DNA of 64,000 nt from Tubiluchus corallicola (lineage: Eukaryota; Animalia; Priapulida): NCBI GenBank assembly GCA_030141605.1, contig JAQGDQ010000083.1, positions 558,001 to 622,000 on the forward strand, written 5' to 3'. The notes under the pieces were generated by a model, which worked only from the letters and a program-made list of their open reading frames with translations, made no database searches and was not told the DNA's origin. The position numbers were made by a program, and so were the translations under genes. This document shows, piece by piece, positions 54,891 to 64,000 of this stretch; position 1 is the first letter of the stretch; each line of letters opens with the position of its first letter.

Positions 54891-56434
54891 CTTACCCAGG
54901 AGCCAAATTTATTGGACAAATTTCGATGCAATAATATACACAAATCTGAATAGTTCGCAAATCCTCGGTGATTTCATTTTCTATGTTCATTATTAAATCC
55001 TATGAAAATCTTGAAGTGACTATATGCGAACAACGATACAATGCAAACTACTTTGAGAAAGCCATTTCAACCTAAACAATTTGAAATTGTAGCAATGACG
55101 TTTCAAAACAAAATATTTTTCCAAAACGAAATTAAAAGAAAGATTCACCTCTCAATAAAGAGGGTGTGACAAGACTGAAGCCTGTCGCATTATCAACTAT
55201 AATCAGATAGTATGAGTCACTAAACCAGTAAAAATGTCTCAGCCACCTTCTGGTGTAAAAGCATCCGACGACATAAATAGGCCTATCCAGAGGCTGCAAT
55301 GCGGCTTGAATCTGGTCTCATCCTTACCTAACCAAACCCAATGTTGCTTAATTTCAGTTTTTCGGTGGTTGAAAGAGTTAACACAATTTTTAAAACACCT
55401 TGCATATTTTGTCAAAAGCCGTGCTTTGGGACACTGGTGCCCAAGCAGCAAGTCAAACAAAAACAAAAATGCCATAAAATGGGCTAATGTCAGGCTAAAG
55501 TTGGCCAATGAGCTTCAGGCTTTTGCTAAAAATACCAAAGTGGTATTTACACTGCGTTTTCTTTTCCTTTATTAATAAAAGGAGGAAAAAACTGTTTTCA
55601 TATGCTTTGTTATTTTTAGTAAACCCTGGAGTCCGTTGTCTGACATTTTTCAGTTTTTGACATTAAGCCGTTTTACCATTACCCCTATGTACGTTTGCAG
55701 GCGGATTTTTAGTTTGTATTTGAAAAAGGAAAATATGTAGGTTGTATGAATTTTTGAGACTATAAGTTTAGCTGTTGTGCACAATTATTTTAAATTTGTA
55801 CGTTGAGTATAACACGTGTATGAAAAGATCATTTCTGTTTTTTTGTACTTTGTTGAAATATCTCGTACAATTCATATCGTGCCAATCCGTTTTACCAGTC
55901 AGTTCACATCCCCACGAGTCCTTGAAATTACGTTCAAGCAGCAATTATCCTCACATTGAAGCATTGAAGGAGCTCTTTTGCAACGTCTAGCATTCCAAGC
56001 TGTCACACAATAGTAGGGCTTCCCAAAGCCAGTTTTCCTCAGTGTCTTCCTCGATTGCTGAGACGTGTGAAATTAAATTGCGCCAACTGTATCCGCTTGC
56101 AAGCTTAATACCGCATACATGCCGCAATCATTGCAGCTTAGCCACGCGTAACTTTCCTCATCGATTACGTAATATTGGGCGAAGTCAAATGAGAATTTTC
56201 CCTCTTTGATTTTCAAATTGAATAAACTAGTATTTTACGCCTTATGACCATGACGTCTAGCACGTAAAAAGTCTGTAGACAGTAGAATAGGCTAGTGAAA
56301 ACTAGTAAAAATGTTAAAACAATAGTTGGGCCGTAAATTTTTGTTTCTGTTCAGTTATATATGAGCTTTTAGTTAATGTCCCACGATTTGAGTTTTATTA
56401 TAGTGTGTAGCCATGAACCATTATCTAGTTATAG

Positions 56435-56660
56435 CGCCAGAAAACAATCTTCATCAAATAAAGATTAAAAAATTCTTCTTGAACTTATACATGATTTACT
56501 TACCGTCTTATTGTATAGAGAGCTTGCGATAGCAGTAACGATGTATAAAACTTGTAAATATAAACTCACGCGATGACTGTTAGGCGCAGCCATTTTCTAT
56601 CGGCAAACCGTTTGAAACAAGTTTAGATTGAGCAAAGTTTGAAAAAATACTCAGAGCATT
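56435..56660 (+). repeat. Dispersed repeat family C, copy 3
   Basis: Similar to 28425-28664. Confidence 0.75.
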
Positions 56661-56746
56661 TGTAGCGCACACGTCACTAAACTAAATAAAATTTTAAATT
56701 ACTTCATATTTTCAGTAAGATCAATAATGTGTTTTCTGATTAGGAG

Positions 56747-57408
56747 TAGTGGTGCACGCTGGGATGGTGAGACAGTGGTGCACGCTGGATGGTGAGACAG
56801 TGGTGCACGCTATGATGCTGAGACAGTGGTGCACGTAGGGATGGTGAGTCAGTGGTGCACGCTAGGATGGTGAGGCAGTGGTGCATGCAGGGATGATGAG
56901 TCAGTGGTGCACGCTATGATGGTGAGACAGTGGTGCACGTTAGGAAGGTCAGTCAGTGGTGCACGCTGGGATGGTGAGACAGTGGTGCACGCTAGGAAGG
57001 TCAGTCAGTGGTGCACGCTAGGATGGTGAGGCAGTGGTGCATGCAGGGATGATGAGTCAGTGGTGCGCGCTATGATGGTGAGACAGTGGTGCACGCTAGG
57101 AAAGTCAGTCAGTGGTGCACGCTGGGATGGTGAGACAGTGGTGCACGATAGGAAGATCAGTCAGTGGTGCACGCTGGGATGGTGAGACAGTGGTGCACGC
57201 TGGGATGGTGAGACAGTGGTGCACACTAGGATGGTGAGGCAGTGGTGCACGCTGGGATGGTGAGACAGTGGTGCACGCTATGATGGTGAGACAGTGGTGC
57301 ACGCTGGGATGGTGAGACAGTGGTGCACGCTGGGATGGTGAGACAGTGGTGCACACTAGGATGGTGAGGCAGTGGTGCACGCAGGGATGGTGAGGCAGCG
57401 ATGCACAC
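56747..57408. repeat. 26-bp GC-rich minisatellite, about 25 copies
   Basis: Unit cagtggtgcacgctgggatggtgaga with variants. Confidence 0.95.
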
Positions 57409-57590
57409 CAGGAGTTGTTCTTCTTCTCCATATGCACATGAACTATAATATCACACATACTAAATCTATACAAAAACCTATTGATGTTCCCTTGGCCAGT
57501 TAGAAAGGACATGGCAATAGATTTTATTTTCCATTCTTTTTTTGCAAACAGCAAAATCAATGATTTACCTTTTATATTCTGCATTTCTAT
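57409..57590 (-). mobile_element. LINE C-terminal zinc-knuckle region remnant (R1/I-group-like)
   Basis: AMSFLTGQGNINRFLYRF then, after a frameshift, SSCAYGEEEQ; resembles LTGHG....L.R...C.CG..EQT..H. Confidence 0.5.
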
Positions 57591-58654
57591 AGAACCCCAA
57601 AGTGGAATTTTGATAAATCAATAAATGAAATATTATTATTATTACGCCTATATTTAGAAATGAAATATGATTATTCAAACTTGATTTATTAATATCAACA
57701 AATGAATTATGAATATTCAAAAATAAACATTAAATACCACTTTGGCGTTCATAAATTTCAACATTTTTTCCTGTTGCGTAATGTTCCTATATGAGCAGCA
57801 ACAACAGCAGCAAGAGCCGTTAAAAGCTGTTGAGCATCAACAAAAGCAGCAGCAACTGTCATCGTCACCGTCGCCGCCCTTTTTAATTGTTGTTATTTTT
57901 CGTATAGATTCATTTATTCATTTATGATTTTATTCCTTTATATGAAAGCAAAAATATTAAATAACAAAAACAGCTCACAAATACACACATATATTACACA
58001 TTTATATATGTACACAAACATGCATACAGTCGATAATTTCTAAATAAAACTATGTTATTCTAAGCTAATAATATTACAAAGAAAACAAATATTTGTGAAT
58101 ATTGCTCAATAGTTTGGCGTTGTTAGGCTTAGCTAACAATATTTCAAGGCTTATGCTATAAACATGGAATTCAAACAGCTCAAATATTCATTTATAAAAC
58201 GACAAATAAATATTTGAATGCAAAAAATATCCTTTTTACTACCCATGTTTCCAGCACACATAGCATTTTTGTCTGATCAATGTTCCATCTGTGCACAGTA
58301 AAGCAGCCAAAAAATCCATGCGCTGCTTAAAATAACACGGCGCATGTAAGATGTACACATTGCCCGATGCAAAAACTTCACAAGCGTTTACTGTTTAAAT
58401 AAAAAATCAGCTTTCCGCGTGTAAAAATAGAAAACGTTTGAAGAGGAAATCCATTTTCGTAATTTACTGCTATTGAATTGAACTCTCGTGGCGAGAAAAA
58501 GCATATCTGTTACAAAACGTTGCTATATATGAAAGTGTATAATATGAGCAAACTTAGAAAATAAGTTTTTTGGTGTGTTTTTGGTAATGAAGAGAGTCTG
58601 AGCGAAGCTTGTTAATTTTAATTGCTGTTTAAGTTTGAACAAAGTTGTTTTAGG

Positions 58655-58705
58655 ATACAGCGTGTGGCCTGATACCATAAAGTTCTGGGTTCGAATCCTG
58701 GTTAA
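58655..58705 (+). mobile_element. tRNA-derived SINE head remnant (B-box)
   Basis: cagcgtgtggcctgatacc..gttctGGGTTCGAATCCtgg; perfect B-box with T-arm stem, A-box degraded. Confidence 0.35.
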
Positions 58706-59719
58706 CAGTTTCAGAGCCTTTCTCCTTCTACATTTAAATGTTGATTGCATTATGTAGCAAAGATGCACAAGCTCACCGAGACTGTTATAATTATGCCTTT
58801 ATCCCCCAAGTGCATTTTGTTAGGAAAAGATAAATTGTAGAAATAGATTAAGTAGGACAGATCAGAAAAGTATTTTGGAAACTTTTCGTTACTGGAAGAC
58901 TATTTTGGGGATTTTTCATTTACTCTCCACTCCTTGTGAAAATGGCAATGAATTAATTACTGGCGACGTTATTTCTTTGCATTCCAGCCTATAGATTTCG
59001 TTTCAGAAGCTCCAACTTTAGATTCTAAAATGGTTAGGCTTAAGACTTGTTCAACTCATCTGTGAAAGGTCAAACTCTATTATGAAATTTGTAATGGATT
59101 GCTTCCCTTACACAATTCTCTATGTCTGCGAGGATAAATAAGAGAAGGGAAACCAAAATTTGCTGCCCAGTAGTAGATTGTACAGCCACTAATGCAAGGC
59201 AGGAACTTAATAAAGATGTAGTCAATTTTCTACAAAACTCGACGAGACAGTTCAAACATTGGAGAGCAGCACGAGAGTCAAATTAGATTCATTAGTAGCG
59301 AAGCAAACTCATGTTAACCTGTTTGACAATCTGCGCCGAAAGGGATAAAATCTTTTTGCGTGCTTTCAAAGTATGGAACGTAACTTGATTTAGATGTGGA
59401 CTCAGTCAAATCTGCTGGCCCAAGTAAGTCACGAGTTTCGTGCGGCACGCAAAACATTGCTGTGAATACGTTTGTCATGACTTAACAGTCATTAAATCTG
59501 TCAGTGTTGAAATTAATGAAAACCTGAAATTAGATATGCATTTTGCGTACTAAATAACTTGATTAATTTGCACAATTCGTTTCTCCTCCGTTCCGTATTT
59601 TTTCAATTTGTTTTTCAATTTGCACGTGTATGTTAAGCTAATTAAATGCGTAATAATTACAAATACCATTTTAGCAGACCCAGTTTCGCTCCAGACAGCC
59701 TTATTTTTGCTGCTAAACT

Positions 59720-60540
59720 ATAGTTTTTAGCGAAACTTATGATTTTTTAGGGAAACTGCTGTTTTCAGGGGAATTTCTAGACTGTGGTTAAAACCAAATC
59801 CCATGATTTTTCCAAGTAAAGACTCGGACTTATCAGAATACCACAGTTTTCTAAGCGAAAACTAGGCTTTCTCTAAAATTGGGTTTTCTCAACGAAACCA
59901 GGGTTTGTTGAGCGAAACCTAGGCTTTCTCTAAAATTGGGTTTTCTAAACGAAACCAGGGTTTCTTGAGCGAAACCTAGGCTTTCTCTAAACCTGGGTTT
60001 ACCGACCGAAACCTGCGATTTCTTCTAATCTTAAGTTTTCTGGGCAAAATCCAGGATTTCTGTAGATCTGGGTTTTTGGAATTAGAAGAGGTCGTCGTTT
60101 TAAGGCTCTTTTATCTGAGATTGAACAATTAATTGCATTCAAGTCAAAACAATGACAAACACTTTTTCAGAAACTGCTCACTTATTATAATGGACAAAAT
60201 GTTATTTATTTTAGGCAGCAAAACACGTGCGCATAAATTTTTGAAGTTACTGATTTCAGAGAAAGATGCAAGATTTCTGAGCGTGCGTTTCAAAATGTCA
60301 AAACCTAGGTTTTTTGAGCGAAGAGAGGAATTCACTATAGCAAAATCTAGGTTTTCTGAACGAAACCAGGCCTTTATTATACCAAAACCTAGGTTTTCTA
60401 AGCGAAACCAATACTTCGCAGTAGCAAAACCTAAGTTTTCTGAGCGAAACCATGATTTCACCATAGCAAAACCTAGGTTTTTCTGAGCGAAACCATGATT
60501 CCAGTATAGCAAACTTAGGACTTCTTGAATGAAACTATGC
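59720..60540. repeat. Two related arrays (about 57-bp and 42-bp periods) built on aaacctaggttt / agcgaaacc modules
   Basis: agcgaaa.ctagg at 59854, 59911, 59968; caaaacctaggtttt at about 60299, 60341, 60383, 60425, 60467, 60509. Confidence 0.8.
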
Positions 60541-61199
60541 TAAAAAGACGGTCATACTGGACACGTCGAGTTTATAAAAGTGTTCAACAACGGATTCACA
60601 CATTTCGGCGCGCAGTACAAACTCCCACGAAACTGGTTCTTTTTTAAAAATTGTCTAATAAAAATAAATTTGCGCTAGTGAGTGGAAAGATTTAGCGACT
60701 TTAATCTGTTAAGTACTCAACCCACAATAAACCCATCAGGTCTACTGAACTGACTGTTAAACAACTCCAATGGCTCTCACATTAACTCAGAATACTTAAT
60801 TAAAAAGCAGCAATTTATCTAATGAGATCTCACATGTCTTGCAGCTGCTGCCAGAAAGCCCTTCATTGGACACTGTAAGAAAGTAACTGATAACTGAGTG
60901 CAAAGAATTGTTACACAAGCAATCCTAAGAACGATCCATCAACTTCTACCAAGCAGAACTTTAATTATTTAATCCTAGCACTGAATGGCGTCCATAACGG
61001 AATGAATTTGTCGATAGCAGAGTTCTGGAAGTAACAGATTAATTCCTAGCAAGTTTCATTATAAGATCAAAACTTAAACTTTGTTGAAGCTAAAAGCTGT
61101 TAAAAGGTTTGCAGTATATAACTTACATCAAAGCCTACAGTACAGATGAGCCAGTTTCCCTTCTCAAACAAAAGCTCAATTATTTCCTCTGATCCGTTA

Positions 61200-61570
61200 T
61201 GAATGTCTTGCCATATTTTCAATATATTCTAGGCTATTCTGCATTCTGCATAAAATGAGGACATATCTCACCTCCAAAAAATAATACCAACTTGAACTTA
61301 ACGCCACAAGGCAAGCTATACTAAACAATAGTAAATTTATTTTAACGTCAACGCTACAATAAACGTTATAAAATATCTGTGTGTAAGCAAATTTGTAATT
61401 ACTGTGACGACAAACTAAATCGAAGATGTAGTGCACTTAGTCCTGAAATGTCCACGTTATCAAGATGACAGATTGTCCATTTTTAATACAACGTAATATT
61501 GAAAATTTGTTGCCATACTATATCTACAGCCGTAATCCGTTTCAAGAAGAATGTCAACAGATTCCTCTTG
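61200..61570 (+). mobile_element. Degraded LINE C-terminal CCHC zinc finger
   Basis: ICNYCDDKL / IEDVVHLVLKCPRYQDDR across one frameshift (61391-61475) fits CxxC..ED..H....CP.Y...R. Confidence 0.55.
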
Positions 61571-61975
61571 CCACTAGGAAATTTATTACAATAATTCTGT
61601 TTTGAAACTTGTAGCTGAGAACTCTTGTTGATGTTGCTATTTTTTCTTAATGTAGTCATTTGCCATGACCGTCTTTCTTGCTGTGCCTAGCAAGTCTACA
61701 TTCGACCCAGCTTAGAAAGTCAGCTGGTTAATATGTGCAAATGTAGCTAGGCTTTAAAACAACCTCAGTGTGTCGTACACATCAACGTATCACTCTGGCT
61801 TTTTTTTTGGATTAGCATGTGAATGGTTCACTCATGACCTGAACCGATTAGTTGAAATTAGACGTTTATGCTGAACGTTTACGTTTATGAAGCTGAACGT
61901 TTATGCAGTAACTAAAAGTGTTAAACAGTTTTTTTATTATTATTAATCTGACTCAAATTTAATGTCATTGACTTA

Positions 61976-62167
61976 AGCGGCGTCTAGCAGACATCCGAAA
62001 TCCTTTTTACGTAATTGCGTATTCAGCTGCGTATAGGCAACCCAATAGGAATAGCTGCAAAAAATAACGCAACAACCCGGGTCTGATAAACAGGTCCGTT
62101 GAAAACAATGCAAATGATTTTTACGCAGTAACGCATGACGCATTCCATATGTTTGATAAACGCCTTT
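61976..62167. mobile_element. MITE family A, diverged copy
   Basis: tta|agcggcgtcta ... gataaacgcctt|taa; internal aatagctgcaaaaaataacgc and ttgaaaacaat. Confidence 0.6.
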
Positions 62168-62863
62168 AATTTCCGATAGGTGTCACTTTTTGTGCACCAC
62201 TCTGACCTACTATAATTTTTAGCATGAGCACATTGTTTAACTTGGAATAGATATTATATTCACAGATATTATAGATATTATGTGAATAGATATTATATTC
62301 ACATATCTATCGGTATATGAGGTTAAAATACAGTCAGTTTAATTTTAAGCTTTCATTCCACTGTCGCTTGTATAGCGACAAAAATACCTAAAATATACAA
62401 TTTTCAAGCAGAGGCTTTTCAGCGACAAAATTTTTCGTTTCTTAATAACATCATTTTATTTCATACAAAATCCCAGCGCATTTGTCTTCTAGTTTTCGTT
62501 ATTGTGTACTCAGTGATTCGATTAATTCCGTGTGCTCGCACAGAAACAAGCTTTTTTACTGGATTTATTTCTCGCTGAGCTAAAATCACGCTTAATGCAC
62601 TTAATCTCTGTTGTAAATCCAAACAGAAATAGCCGACGTCACTGTTTCTCCAACATCAAACGGCTGAATCTAATGTCTAAGACTAAGAGGTGATTGATAG
62701 AGCTGAATATGCACACCAAACTGTCGCTTCGAGATCTCCGTAATGCTAATGTGTAACTAGGGAGTTGAAACTATTTCATCTAATCTCGTTTTGACTTGAC
62801 GTCACGTCTCTGTTGCTCTTCCTTTCTCTCAGAAGCTCGTTTTGTGGGTTTTAAGTAACAATA

Positions 62864-63475
62864 GGGACCATTTCACAGTGAGGGCGCAAAATTCCTCATA
62901 CAATTCCTTGTGAGAAATTCTTCTCTCAGCTAGAAGATATGCGTCCTCCTCGTGGGGAATTTTATCGCATGGTATAAATACTGCATGTTCCATTTTCGTG
63001 AGGAATTCTCGAGGAATTCAAGTTTAAATTTAACTACTTGATTACTTCTTTCTTAATTAACGAACAACAATTAGCACATTTCAGCATAAAATTATAAAAT
63101 GATATCTCTCTTTTAACAGATTGACGATTTTACGTTTTGTTAATGCAACACCTATGGCTATATTCGTCAAAAAGAAAATTAACGCACGCATATATTTATT
63201 TTATATATGTATATTTTCAGATTTTGAAGTTGTTAGTAGAATTTTACTAAAAACAAACAGGTCTGACATTACATTGACTAACATTATCAATTGTACTTTT
63301 TATATGAGAAATACGGCAAGTACAACTTAATTTAGACATGATTATACAGTATAAAACTCGCCAAGTAACTGCAGGTAACTAGACGCGAGGTTTCACATTG
63401 AAATGAACTTTCTTGCTGCGGGGATTTCAAGAAAAAAAAATCGGAAACTTTCAAAATTTTCTCTGATTTTCTGAC
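62864..63475. mobile_element. Harbinger-like MITE family F, inverted copy lacking one TIR
   Basis: gggaccatttcacagtgagggcgc...attacttctttctta.ttaacgaacaa...ctctttttaacaga.tgacgatttt is the reverse complement of 15555-16215. Confidence 0.8.
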
Positions 63476-63570
63476 AACAGTTTCATTGTCATCGTTATTG
63501 TTATCGTATGAATTTGCGTGATAAAAGGCCTTGAAAAATCAAGCTTGTGACGTCACTAACCTCTTCGCTT

Positions 63571-63940
63571 ACTAGGGAACAAGAAAAGGGTACCTGAAGC
63601 TAGGTTGCAGAAAATTTATATTACTTTATAGCAATTTTATGCATATATCGTACTCACGTTGAAAAGAGTTTTTGTTTGTTTTCATTTTAAATCTCCCACA
63701 ATACTGTTCTGACCGTGCCATTACATGACGTCACATAAAGCAACGTAAATCAGGGGAAGAAAAGTAAATGTTAAGCAGTGTCCCAAAAAACTTTCCATGC
63801 AATGTTATGTTACTTAGCATTTCGTTTACCTGCTTGAAAAACTTATGTAGCTAGAAAAGAAAATTATTAATTACCATTAAAGTGTTTTCACCAATTGGTA
63901 AAATGTCCTTGACTCACCTCCAGGGTGCAACACTCACTAA
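63571..63940 (-). repeat. Dispersed repeat family B, copy 2 (with extra internal sequence)
   Basis: Reverse complement of 28668-28880, with additional sequence at about 63730-63870. Confidence 0.7.
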
Positions 63941-64000
63941 CCAAAAACATATTTTTAATCTTATTGACAAGATACAGTAATTTAAAATTTTATTTAGTTA

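Noticed and set aside
55234-55575. Overlapping 113-aa and 89-aa ORFs
   Set aside because: No recognisable domain or exon structure; cannot be supported without a homology search.

Overview
AT-rich, repeat-dense genomic DNA from an invertebrate animal, probably a protostome (inferred from the receptor sequence, TTAGGG-type repeats and transposon content); it is not prokaryotic. The only convincing host gene is an intronless 444-aa class A aminergic GPCR on the minus strand (34896-36230) with 5-HT7 serotonin receptor signatures. The rest is a gene desert of 5'-truncated LINE remnants (RTE, CR1, CR1/L2-group and zinc-knuckle types, including one young RTE insertion with an intact target-site duplication), several multi-copy MITE families (Harbinger-like with TWA flanks, Kolobok-like with TTAA flanks, hAT-like, Helentron/HINE-like, foldback-like), tRNA- and 5S-like SINE heads, four minisatellites (65, 22, 45, 26 bp units) and many microsatellites. 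Most ORFs in the supplied track are microsatellite artefacts. I found no convincing novel multi-gene system. The most interesting items are a MITE nested in a copy of its own family, MITE-borne perfect CRE sites around a cAMP-coupled receptor gene, a minisatellite growing from a LINE zinc-knuckle region, and a shared 22-bp motif behind two unrelated minisatellites. All comparisons were made by eye; TE family names are motif-based and boundaries are approximate.
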